This document shows positions 1-7,976 of a stretch of DNA of 48,335 bases, in pieces. This stretch comes from a virus. Lineage: Duplodnaviria; Caudoviricetes. The notes under the pieces were generated by a model that had not been told where the DNA came from, ran no database searches, and saw only the letters and a program-made list of their open reading frames with translations. How positions within the stretch are numbered: the first letter of the stretch is position 1; the number at the start of each line of letters is the position of its first letter. The position numbers and the translations under genes were made by a program. The stretch covers positions 1 to 48,335 of IMG/VR virus record IMGVR_UViG_3300014202_000218; one strand, written 5' to 3'.

Positions 1-55
1 TATTTAATATATACTATAAGATACTACCTACCTAGCTGTCCCCTAAATAGGACAG

Positions 56-85
56 TAGACAAGTGGGGTGCGAGTGTGGTATACT
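56..85 (+). promoter_or_regulatory. Sigma70-type promoter (TAGACA-18-TATACT, extended -10 TG)
   Basis: tagaca 56-61, TGg immediately before tatact 80-85. Confidence 0.5.
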
Positions 86-110
86 GTGGTCGGAGGCGCG
101 CAGAAACGCC

Positions 111-139
111 CGTAACTCGTTGTCCCGCAAGGGCTTACC
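111..139. promoter_or_regulatory. Imperfect palindromic protein-binding site (IHF-like or dif-like)
   Basis: CGTAACTCGTTG-tcccg-CAAGGGCTTACC; each arm contains CAA-N4-TTA; counterpart at 48219-48247. Confidence 0.5.
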
Positions 140-164
140 GCTGCTAGCATGTAGTCTAAAACTA

Positions 165-220
165 GCGGATTCCAACGGTATCTAACGGTATCTCTCGGTA
201 TCAAACGGTATGTAACGGTA
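165..220 (+). repeat. GCGGAT followed by five tandem 10-bp repeats (consensus TCNAACGGTA)
   Basis: tccaacggta tctaacggta tctctcggta tcaaacggta tgtaacggta. Confidence 0.95.
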
Positions 221-278
221 GAAGATAGGCACTAGAGCTAGGGTCTGAGTGAGAATGTAGTATATAGAAGGATACTAC

Positions 279-755
279 ATAGAATAGACACACGAATAGA
301 GTGAATACGGCTATAGAATCTGGAGTGTTTCCAGATAGAGTAATATACCACTAGAGAGGGTGCTAGGGTATATGGTTCATACTCGGAGCCGTATTCATTC
401 TGTTGGGATGTCTAGTCTATAGGACGGCTCACGAAGATTGAGTAATGAGTCTAATAGCTTATACGCACTAGATATACCCTATAGGGAGGTATCATCATGC
501 GGTGTTACTAATGGCCTGCAAGTATAATGAGCTAGAATAGAGGACCGGATAAATCCTTAGACAGACAAAACTGGATATAGGCTGGATAGGATTAGGGTCA
601 TATAGAGTATCGGCTATCTCATTCTATTCAGCCATATCTGGAACGCAGACATTTGGATAGAGTGTATAATAAGCTATCTCACAGAGAAGATAAGCTGGGT
701 TATATATCTTCCTAAAAAGAGATGTAGATATTATGCACTCTATCGAGGTGTCTGT
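279..755 (+). ncRNA. Highly structured non-coding leader with long G-U-containing stems
   Basis: Stems about 279-312/388-420, 573-596/617-639 and 646-670/730-755, with internal hairpins; mismatches are G-U compatible on the + strand. Confidence 0.55.
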
Positions 756-980
756 ATGAAGATGAAGGTAAATCATTTAGGTAGGATAGACAACATAGAC
801 AACGTTAGTCAAATCATTCACAATACTACAAAGGATAGGCTTCTAATTGTAGAAGAGGAAGATAAAGGATACCAAATACACGGTTACATTTCTTCTGAGA
901 TAGCCGACATCGAGGTAACATTTCCGGAGTACGATAATGAAGAAACGTTCACTTCTAATCCTCACACTAGCGGTAAGTAA
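756..980 (+). CDS. Hypothetical protein
   Basis: 74-aa ORF at the start of a tightly packed + strand gene run. Confidence 0.6.
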   Translation: MKMKVNHLGRIDNIDNVSQIIHNTTKDRLLIVEEEDKGYQIHGYISSEIADIEVTFPEYDNEETFTSNPHTSGK

Positions 981-1248
981 CACTATCGCCTGTAGTGGAG
1001 GTAATAGCATTCTCTCTCCATCTACAGGAGAGGGTAATGGTAGAACGGCTGTAGAGATAGAGCATAGCGAGACTCTACCTCTATCTATTATAGAGCCGTC
1101 TTACCTATGCTCAGAACGAGAAGCGTATCTCTCTGAGTATCTCTCTAGACCTACGGATGGAGTGATTGTTACTCTACCGTCGGGGGAAAAGGTATACATT
1201 GACTGGCTTGGACGTGTATATCACATCGAAGGACCGGAGTGTCAGTAA
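937..1248 (+). CDS. Putative lipoprotein
   Basis: MKKR, hydrophobic stretch, lipobox-like TIA-C, then Ser/Gly/Pro linker. Confidence 0.6.
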   Translation: MKKRSLLILTLAVSNTIACSGGNSILSPSTGEGNGRTAVEIEHSETLPLSIIEPSYLCSEREAYLSEYLSRPTDGVIVTLPSGEKVYIDWLGRVYHIEGPECQ

Positions 1249-1403
1249 TGACTTACCTAGAGTGGATTGAAAAGCTCGAATCAATTAGAATGCAATACTT
1301 AGAGGGAGCTATTACTGAGCGTGAGTTCTTCAATGCAACAATAGCACGAGCTATTGAAGTAGAGCAGACTGAAGAAGATACACAATTAGAGGAACCTAAG
1401 TAA
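1248..1403 (+). CDS. Hypothetical 51-aa protein (not in ORF track)
   Basis: TAATG-coupled start; MTYLEWIEKLESIRMQYLEGAITEREFFNA...; fills the gap between neighbouring genes. Confidence 0.7.
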   Translation: MTYLEWIEKLESIRMQYLEGAITEREFFNATIARAIEVEQTEEDTQLEEPK

Positions 1404-1406
1404 GAA

Positions 1407-2198
1407 GTGAAACTCTCACTCAGCACTGACGGTCGTATCATAGGATATGACTGTATTCAGTGCAGTAGTTACAATGACATTCTCTCTGTCTATTGTCACT
1501 ACTGTTCTGCATACAGAGATGCAGGTATATCATATCGTGAGATTGAATGGTATACAGCCGTTCGGCGTGACGTTCACTTAGACTACAATCCACGACCCAT
1601 CTATCCGAGTAAAATGACAAACGAAGATAGAGTCGAGTTATACAAGAAGTTCTATGATGGTGCTGCTCTAAAGGTAGCATCTATGACTCTAGATCAACTC
1701 ATTGCACGAGGCGATGAGCTAGAGGAAATAATCATAGAAGCTAAAGCAGAGGCTCAGGCTACAACGGCTGAGCGTAGGAAACGAGAGGCTAATCTTTCAC
1801 GTTCTGAGAGAGAGAAGCTAATCACTAAACCGGATATTACTGGAACTGAGGCGCTTAACGGCCCAAAGGTTCGTAAAGATAGGATGTCTAAAGCGGATAA
1901 ACTCCGTGAGACATATGTATCTTTGGGTATGTCCGAAGCTGAAATCAATGCTATTATGAAGAACATTAGTGTTGATGAAACGAAGAAGAAAGCTCCTGAA
2001 GTAATCAAACGGCTCGGCGCTACAGACTCGAAGGAACGTTATACCTTTACGAAAGACGAACAGAAAGGTGATATCACTAGAGAAGTAGAACCTACAGTAG
2101 AACAGTCTATTGATAAGACTATCTCTGAGGCTCAGTCAGAGGGAGATATTCCAAAGCCTAAGATGGACTTCTCAAAGCTCTCATTCTTGAAGAAGTAA
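1407..2198 (+). CDS. Hypothetical protein with N-terminal CxxC pairs and coiled coil
   Basis: 263-aa ORF with CIQC and CHYC motifs. Confidence 0.75.
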   Translation: MKLSLSTDGRIIGYDCIQCSSYNDILSVYCHYCSAYRDAGISYREIEWYTAVRRDVHLDYNPRPIYPSKMTNEDRVELYKKFYDGAALKVASMTLDQLIARGDELEEIIIEAKAEAQATTAERRKREANLSRSEREKLITKPDITGTEALNGPKVRKDRMSKADKLRETYVSLGMSEAEINAIMKNISVDETKKKAPEVIKRLGATDSKERYTFTKDEQKGDITREVEPTVEQSIDKTISEAQSEGDIPKPKMDFSKLSFLKK

Positions 2199-2205
2199 TA
2201 AGACA

Positions 2206-3810
2206 ATGACTTCTACTACTACACACTATATCTGCCCTAAATGTGAGGCAGATTCTGTAGAGAAATCTCGCGTGAAGTTTGGCGAGAAAGTAATCGTATC
2301 TCTACTGTGTGGTCATGTAGTCCCTGAGACGGCTCTTATTCCGCTACGGGATAAGGGCTATTCACTACTTCACTCTCTCGGATACAGAGATTATCAAATT
2401 GAGGGAGTGAAGTTTGCTGAAGAATCAAGAACTACTATCGGTGGTAAGGAAGGAATACGCTGCCTTATTGCCGATGAGCAAGGATTAGGCAAGACGTGGC
2501 AGGCATCTGGAGTAATTGCACTTCATGATGATATGTTTCCTGCCATTGTCGTAACTAAGACTACACTGACTATTCAGTGGTGGCATGAACTCCGGCGTTT
2601 AGTGGGTCATGATAAGACATATCAGGTCATTCGTTCTGGGAAGGAAATGGCTATCCCGGGATTTGATGTATATGTCCTGACGTATGACCTACTAAAGAAA
2701 CACGAATTCATATTTGCTCTACTCGGAGAATACCCTAAGACTCTGATTCTAGATGAATGCCAGTCTATTAAGAACCACGCATCCGGCCGTGCTGGAGCCG
2801 TCTACGAGGTAGCTGATAAGGCATTCAATATTATTGGTCTATCAGGGACTCCGATTAAGAATCATGCCGGAGAGTATTTCTCAATCCTGAATATCCTCCG
2901 GCCTGATATCTTCTCTAGCTATGACCGTTACGTAGATGAGCACTGTGATTTCTACGATACGGCATACGGTAGGAAGATTGGTGGATTGAAGAATCCGGAC
3001 CTATTCCAGGATCTTACGAGAAAGTTTATCATTCGTCGCACTAGAGCAGAGGCTGCACCTGAATTACCTACGATGGAGAGAGTATTCCATCACGTAGAAC
3101 TCTCGAAGAAGCTTCAGTCTGCATATAAGGACGCTGTTAAAGAACTCGAAGAACTCCTATATGCAGAGCAAGATGAGGACACAATGTCCAATATGCTTGC
3201 TATCTACGCTAAGATGCGTAAGATTACCGGCTTATCAAAGGGTGCTCTAGAGTGTGTGGATTATGTTACGGATTTCCTCTTATCCACAGATAGGAAGATT
3301 GTTATCTTTCTTCATCATCATACTGTGGCTACTTTGTTGGAGGCTAACCTTAATAAGTGGTTATCGGATGGTGGATACAGACCTATTCTGAATCTACACT
3401 CTGGACTCTCTGGAGAACAGAGAGCAGAGACAGTAAGGAAATTCAGAGAAGAGCCGTATAGAGTAATGATTGCATCTACTCTTGCGGCTGGTGAAGGATT
3501 GAATCTTCAGTTCTGTTCTGATGCTATCATGCTGGAGAGGCAATGGAATCCAGCTAATGAGGAACAAGCAGAGGGTAGATTTATTCGACTGGGACGAGCT
3601 TCAGATGCCGGTCCTGTAAGAATGATTTACATGATTGCATCTGAAACTATTGATGAATACTTCACTGAGCTTGTAGAATCCAAGAGAGCAATCATGGCAT
3701 CTACACTAGATGGTAAGGATATATCATGGGATCAGACTTCACTGATGAAAGAACTAGCCCAAGCAATCGTATCCAAGGGCAAGACAAAGTGGACGATGAC
3801 AAAAGGGTAA
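2206..3810 (+). CDS. SNF2/SWI2-family helicase (HARP-like) with N-terminal Zn ribbon
   Basis: LIADEQGLGKT, LILDECQ, LSGTPIKN, AAGEGLNLQ, WNPANEEQAEGRFIRLG motifs. Confidence 0.93.
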   Translation: MTSTTTHYICPKCEADSVEKSRVKFGEKVIVSLLCGHVVPETALIPLRDKGYSLLHSLGYRDYQIEGVKFAEESRTTIGGKEGIRCLIADEQGLGKTWQASGVIALHDDMFPAIVVTKTTLTIQWWHELRRLVGHDKTYQVIRSGKEMAIPGFDVYVLTYDLLKKHEFIFALLGEYPKTLILDECQSIKNHASGRAGAVYEVADKAFNIIGLSGTPIKNHAGEYFSILNILRPDIFSSYDRYVDEHCDFYDTAYGRKIGGLKNPDLFQDLTRKFIIRRTRAEAAPELPTMERVFHHVELSKKLQSAYKDAVKELEELLYAEQDEDTMSNMLAIYAKMRKITGLSKGALECVDYVTDFLLSTDRKIVIFLHHHTVATLLEANLNKWLSDGGYRPILNLHSGLSGEQRAETVRKFREEPYRVMIASTLAAGEGLNLQFCSDAIMLERQWNPANEEQAEGRFIRLGRASDAGPVRMIYMIASETIDEYFTELVESKRAIMASTLDGKDISWDQTSLMKELAQAIVSKGKTKWTMTKG

Positions 3811-3938
3811 AGATTCCTACTGAATGTATGTCTACAGGATATGCGCACTGTGGGCATTATCCCTGCATTCAAGGTAATATCTGCTGCATGTGTGGAGGGG
3901 ATAGATACGTATATGAACAAAAGATTGGAAGTTCTTAA
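3789..3938 (+). CDS. Small Cys-rich hypothetical protein
   Basis: GTG start near the helicase stop; C/H-rich (CGHYPC, CCMC). Confidence 0.4.
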   Translation: MDDDKRVKIPTECMSTGYAHCGHYPCIQGNICCMCGGDRYVYEQKIGSS

Positions 3939-4101
3939 CGGCTCTATCTCTTTACACCAGGTATCTCGTATCTACGTAGGTGGTAAATATGAGCGCCGAA
4001 TGTTCCTCTCATGTCAGAATGAACGAGAGGTTGCTGACATGAGAGTGAACAATGAGCAGATAGAAGAACTGATTAAGATGTTACAGGAGGCTATTAAATG
4101 A
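3913..4101 (+). CDS. Hypothetical protein
   Basis: ATG 3913 after GGAGG; overlaps the next start. Confidence 0.6.
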   Translation: MNKRLEVLNGSISLHQVSRIYVGGKYERRMFLSCQNEREVADMRVNNEQIEELIKMLQEAIK

Positions 4102-4280
4102 ATATATCTGAACAATTGCACAATGACGCTGAAAAACAGTTAGATACCATAATCTCTTTTGCTAATGAAGTAGAGGAAAACTTTCGCCTCAAGCGGTATG
4201 AAGATGCCTCGTGTACTCTTGATGAGTTAGAAAGTGAAGTAAAGAAAGCTAAGAAGTTAATCGATCAGATGTGGGAATAA
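4098..4280 (+). CDS. Hypothetical helical protein
   Basis: AGGAGG RBS, coupled start. Confidence 0.7.
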   Translation: MNISEQLHNDAEKQLDTIISFANEVEENFRLKRYEDASCTLDELESEVKKAKKLIDQMWE

Positions 4281-4284
4281 GTCG

Positions 4285-4707
4285 ATGACCATCCAACCTG
4301 TGAATCAAGGTAGCAATCATTTCTGTGGACCAGCCGTTATCTCGTGTATCACGGGGAAGAATACCGATGAGATAGAACGGATGGTTCAACAGCTTCGTCA
4401 GCGTGTAATGCCTGTAACGGGGATGACATCGGTAGAAATTCGCTCTATCTTAGAGAAATGTGGATGTCTCTGTTATGAGTTATCGCAGACACGAGGAATG
4501 TCTATTCTTTACTTGATGCAAACGAGGAAGTTTACTCATGGTGTGTATCTATTCTACGTAATCAATCACGTAGTGGCTATTGAGATTGGTGAGGATGGTA
4601 AGAGATACATCATTGACAATCACACTAAATCTCCTCTTACTCTAGGTTCATCTTCACGTCTGACTCAGAAGGTTCTCGCGGTGGTTAAGGTGGAGGTGGG
4701 GAAATGA
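4285..4707 (+). CDS. Papain-like (C39-like) cysteine peptidase
   Basis: Q..N.CGPAV, NHVVAI, YIIDN give a putative Cys-His-Asp triad. Confidence 0.6.
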   Translation: MTIQPVNQGSNHFCGPAVISCITGKNTDEIERMVQQLRQRVMPVTGMTSVEIRSILEKCGCLCYELSQTRGMSILYLMQTRKFTHGVYLFYVINHVVAIEIGEDGKRYIIDNHTKSPLTLGSSSRLTQKVLAVVKVEVGK

Positions 4708-4895
4708 TGGGGCAGGATAGATTAGCTATCGCTAATGATATTATTGACGAAATTATTAAAGATCTTAGGGATAGAAGGGGGTTTCGTCATCTTCTAGAGA
4801 GTATTGAGATGGAAGATCCAGATACCTATAAAGATATTCATGACACATTAGCCCATATTACAGCTACTATCCTTAACGATTACGATGTGAGGTAG
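4704..4895 (+). CDS. Hypothetical protein
   Basis: GGAGG RBS, coupled start. Confidence 0.7.
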   Translation: MMGQDRLAIANDIIDEIIKDLRDRRGFRHLLESIEMEDPDTYKDIHDTLAHITATILNDYDVR

Positions 4896-4896
4896 T

Positions 4897-5178
4897 ATGA
4901 CATTCACTATAGACGTTACGGATGAGGATATCCGTAATGGGAAGAAAACAGATTGTTATAATTGCCCTATTGCTCTAGCTATTAAGAGAGCATTTGATGG
5001 TAGTGGTTATACTTTATCAGCAGTATCTTCTTATCAAATCGGATTTTATATCTCTAAGGGTTTATTTAATAATGCGCCACTAGAGCCCAGAGTAACAAAC
5101 TTCATTCGCGGGTTTGATACTGACGGATTCATGGGCAATAAGATCTCTCAGCCGTTCTCGTTCGAGTTGGAGGTGTAG
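4897..5178 (+). CDS. Hypothetical protein, paralog of 5184-5447
   Basis: VTDEDIRNG...CYNCPIALAIKRA...FIRGFD...QPFSF. Confidence 0.8.
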   Translation: MTFTIDVTDEDIRNGKKTDCYNCPIALAIKRAFDGSGYTLSAVSSYQIGFYISKGLFNNAPLEPRVTNFIRGFDTDGFMGNKISQPFSFELEV

Positions 5179-5183
5179 AGAAT

Positions 5184-5447
5184 ATGACTGAGTATAACAC
5201 ACTGCTAAAAGTAGAAGTAACGGCTGAAGATATTAAAGAAGGTAAGAGAAAGAGTTGTACCAGTTGTCCTATTGCTCTTGCGTTTCGTAGGGCATTGGGG
5301 CATGACGAAGTAAAAGTCGGTGAGATCTATACCAAGATAGGTAAGAGAGAATACCGTACTCCAAAGGTAGCTTTTCAATTTATTACCTTATTCGATAAGT
5401 ACCAAAAGGTAGAACCGTTTACTTTCTATATGCAGCTAGTAGACTAA
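5184..5447 (+). CDS. Hypothetical protein, paralog of 4897-5178
   Basis: VTAEDIKEG...CTSCPIALAFRRA...FITLFD...EPFTF. Confidence 0.8.
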   Translation: MTEYNTLLKVEVTAEDIKEGKRKSCTSCPIALAFRRALGHDEVKVGEIYTKIGKREYRTPKVAFQFITLFDKYQKVEPFTFYMQLVD

Positions 5448-5450
5448 ATA

Positions 5451-5672
5451 ATGGCCATCAAATACTTCTGCGACCGCTGTGCTACTGAAGTTGATTCTAA
5501 AGGAAAGCTGCATAGGCTATCATTTAATACAGACTCTAACGACGCTCTCTACCATAGAGAACAGGTTAAGTTCGATAAAGAACTCTGTATTAGCTGCCTT
5601 CGTGCTGTATATGCTGTAGCTAATGTGTACGAGACAGAAGTTGAACTAGTTCCAAAAACTCAGGAGGTATAG
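5451..5672 (+). CDS. Small Zn-finger protein
   Basis: CDRC...LCISC. Confidence 0.7.
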   Translation: MAIKYFCDRCATEVDSKGKLHRLSFNTDSNDALYHREQVKFDKELCISCLRAVYAVANVYETEVELVPKTQEV

Positions 5673-5676
5673 TTAT

Positions 5677-5844
5677 ATGTCACTTTCACACCAAGAGTGG
5701 AAACAGATGTGGGAAGCTATTAGAGCGATTGAGGACTCAGTAAAAACATTCAATTCAATGAACATGCTTAAAGTTAGAATCATTGAGAAGGAGATTAACT
5801 TTATTAAAGATAAAATAGAGTCTGTAGTAGGGCAGATGGAATAG
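5677..5844 (+). CDS. Hypothetical 55-aa protein (not in ORF track)
   Basis: AGGAGG RBS; MSLSHQEWKQMWEAIRAIED...GQME. Confidence 0.7.
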   Translation: MSLSHQEWKQMWEAIRAIEDSVKTFNSMNMLKVRIIEKEINFIKDKIESVVGQME

Positions 5845-5853
5845 CTCCACACC

Positions 5854-5929
5854 GGACCACTAGCTCAAAGGTTAGAGCACCCGGCTCATAATCGGATGGT
5901 TCTAGGTTCAAGTCCTAGGTGGTCCACCA
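5854..5929 (+). tRNA. tRNA with CAT anticodon, most likely tRNA-Ile2 (lysidine)
   Basis: GGACCAC/GTGGTCC acceptor stem, D arm, CTCATAA loop, TTCAAGT T loop, encoded CCA; C4-G69/C5-G68 pairs as in Ile2 tRNAs. Confidence 0.92.
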
Positions 5930-5941
5930 TAAAGGTATGTT

Positions 5942-6136
5942 ATGAAATATAGAATCACAGTCCATTTGGTGCAGGGTATATCAGAGGTGTATAGTGTTGA
6001 TGATACTTTTACTATTAATACAGATGGTAGATTCACAATGGTTGAAAGTAGTGATCGAGTAGGAGAATGGAAGTCTAACACCTTTGATGGTTTCTATAAA
6101 GAAGATATTAGGAAGATTGAGATTGAGGTTATCTAA
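5942..6136 (+). CDS. Hypothetical protein
   Basis: 64-aa ORF in operon context. Confidence 0.65.
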   Translation: MKYRITVHLVQGISEVYSVDDTFTINTDGRFTMVESSDRVGEWKSNTFDGFYKEDIRKIEIEVI

Positions 6137-6139
6137 ACC

Positions 6140-6337
6140 TTGTCCGTCCGTCTAATGCGGCTGAGTCCCAATCTGAGGTATAAGAACGTAGTAGTTCAGT
6201 TGTCCTCTTGGCCTGCTGTATATGACTGGATATATTTTCGTCGTGGCCGTAATGGTCGTGATTCAATAGCACGGATGGTATGGGTAGAGGATATATATTT
6301 ACCAGCCGTTCGGCTTAGGAATACGAGGGGGGGGTAA
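6140..6337 (+). CDS. Hypothetical protein
   Basis: Fills the gap; TTG start after GAGG, start uncertain. Confidence 0.4.
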   Translation: MSVRLMRLSPNLRYKNVVVQLSSWPAVYDWIYFRRGRNGRDSIARMVWVEDIYLPAVRLRNTRGG

Positions 6338-6343
6338 AGAAGA

Positions 6344-6550
6344 ATGCCTAAAGGTATTGTTTATATAGATGAAGAGACTAGTGACGAAATGCATGGAGAA
6401 TGTCTCCTAGATAATGAGATGGTTATTACCAAAGATGAAGCATCCGAACTCTTATACGCCATGAAGAATCATTGGATTGAACGGATCGAGCCACATTACT
6501 CCATCATGAGCCAGTTGTTGAAGAAGCTACGAGAGTTAGCGTATGACTGA
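6344..6550 (+). CDS. Hypothetical protein
   Basis: 68-aa ORF with G-rich RBS. Confidence 0.65.
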   Translation: MPKGIVYIDEETSDEMHGECLLDNEMVITKDEASELLYAMKNHWIERIEPHYSIMSQLLKKLRELAYD

Positions 6551-7467
6551 TGTGGAATTCATATGAAATTTACAGTATCAAAGGTATCATAAAAGTGGAT
6601 ATCATAAAAAGTCCTAAGATTAATTATGTGTTTGATGCCACGATGTTCGATACATTCTTGGATTGTCCACAGAAGTTTAATCTAAGGCATATTCAGAATC
6701 GTGTTACACCTGAGAAGCAGAAGCCGCTCGATCGTGGTGGTATTATGCACGTAGGATTTGAGTCTTACTATAAGGCTCTAGCTGAGGGTAAGAAGTGGGA
6801 AGATGCGATTACGGCTGGACTAGTAGATATGAGGTTTGGTCTGGCTTCAGACTCTGACCTCTCTACTGATGATGGTAATCGTTGTCTTGAAGTATTTGAA
6901 GAGTCAGCTACCTTTTGGCGTGCTGATGATTTATCATGGGAGATTGTTGCTGTAGAGAAGCCGTTCTTGTACGTACTCTATGAGGATGATACATTTCGTA
7001 TTGCTATGATGGGGAAGATTGACCTTCTCCGTTCTAACAATAGATATACGAACTGTCCTATGGATCATAAGACGTATGAGAGAGACTTCCCAGTAACACG
7101 GCTGACGAATCAGTTTCAGAACTATGCTTTCGCTACGAAATCAGATTACCTATTCGTGAATCGGGTAGGATTCCAGACATCGCTGAAGTCAGAGAAGAAG
7201 CATAAGAGGATTCCACTATCCTACGACGCAGCTATTCTATCTCAGTGGAGAACGAACGTCATTCGTTGGGTAATGCACTATCATGACTGCGCCGTGTCAA
7301 ACGAGTGGCCTTTGAATACTACGTCATGTGGCAAATACAATCGTCTTTGTGAGTATCATGGTATCTGTGATACATCAGGAGAAGAGAATAAGATCTACAA
7401 ACTAGAGACACAGTTCAGGAAAGATACTCCTTGGGATGTCTCTTATGTTCTCTCGAAGAAGGGGTAG
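6550..7467 (+). CDS. PD-(D/E)XK Cas4/AddB-like exonuclease with Fe-S Cys cluster
   Basis: DCP at N-terminus, G...H, VE, GKIDL, DHKT, QF..Y, C-terminal C..YNRLCEY..IC. Confidence 0.88.
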   Translation: MWNSYEIYSIKGIIKVDIIKSPKINYVFDATMFDTFLDCPQKFNLRHIQNRVTPEKQKPLDRGGIMHVGFESYYKALAEGKKWEDAITAGLVDMRFGLASDSDLSTDDGNRCLEVFEESATFWRADDLSWEIVAVEKPFLYVLYEDDTFRIAMMGKIDLLRSNNRYTNCPMDHKTYERDFPVTRLTNQFQNYAFATKSDYLFVNRVGFQTSLKSEKKHKRIPLSYDAAILSQWRTNVIRWVMHYHDCAVSNEWPLNTTSCGKYNRLCEYHGICDTSGEENKIYKLETQFRKDTPWDVSYVLSKKG

Positions 7468-7470
7468 GGT

Positions 7471-7734
7471 ATGCACCGTAGAGATTTTCTACGATATCTA
7501 TTATCCTCAGCCGTTGCGGCTACAGTAGATGTAGAGAAACTATTATGGGTACCAGGAGAGAAGAAGATATTTGTTCCTTCTCCTAAACAAGTAGAGTTAT
7601 TTGGTATACCATATCATCAGTCTAATGCACACACTGGGACGTGGTTAGGTATAGAGCGTAGTATATATCCTTGGTTTAGGTCAAATGAAGATGCCAAAAG
7701 ATACTCTAAGAGCCTGGAACTTCCCAAACGGTAG
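7471..7734 (+). CDS. Small protein with twin-arginine-like N-terminus and a copy of a major-capsid segment
   Basis: MHRRDFL leader; LFGIPYHQSNAHTGTWLGIER matches capsid LFGVPYHNSNASTGTWLGLDR. Confidence 0.8.
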   Translation: MHRRDFLRYLLSSAVAATVDVEKLLWVPGEKKIFVPSPKQVELFGIPYHQSNAHTGTWLGIERSIYPWFRSNEDAKRYSKSLELPKR

Positions 7735-7960
7735 TAGTATTACATCTTCTCCATCTCCCGACACGCCGTATAAAGGTGTTACATTGAAGGTTGATATGAT
7801 TGATGAAATTGTATACATGGATCTGGCAGAAGTAGAGAATCGCGTTATGCTTGCCTTTGATCCTGATTCTACTGAAGAAGAGGATGAAGATGAGGACGAG
7901 GATGACCTTGATGAAGATGAAGATGATGACGAGGACGAAGAAGAGGAAGATGAGGATTAG
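7685..7960 (+). CDS. Small mosaic protein with terminase-like and PolA-like motifs and a polyacidic tail
   Basis: WNFPNGSSI...YKG.......IDE; DLAEVENRV; about 30 D/E residues at the C-terminus. Confidence 0.75.
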   Translation: MKMPKDTLRAWNFPNGSSITSSPSPDTPYKGVTLKVDMIDEIVYMDLAEVENRVMLAFDPDSTEEEDEDEDEDDLDEDEDDDEDEEEEDED

Positions 7961-7976
7961 GTAACGAGGATACACT

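Noticed and set aside
165-220. End repeats as a CRISPR array
   Set aside because: 10-bp head-to-tail units with no spacers; the Cas4-like gene is a typical stand-alone phage exonuclease
6344-6373. PKGIVYIDE resembling the ClpX Walker B motif or portal PKG
   Set aside because: Match is too short to distinguish from chance
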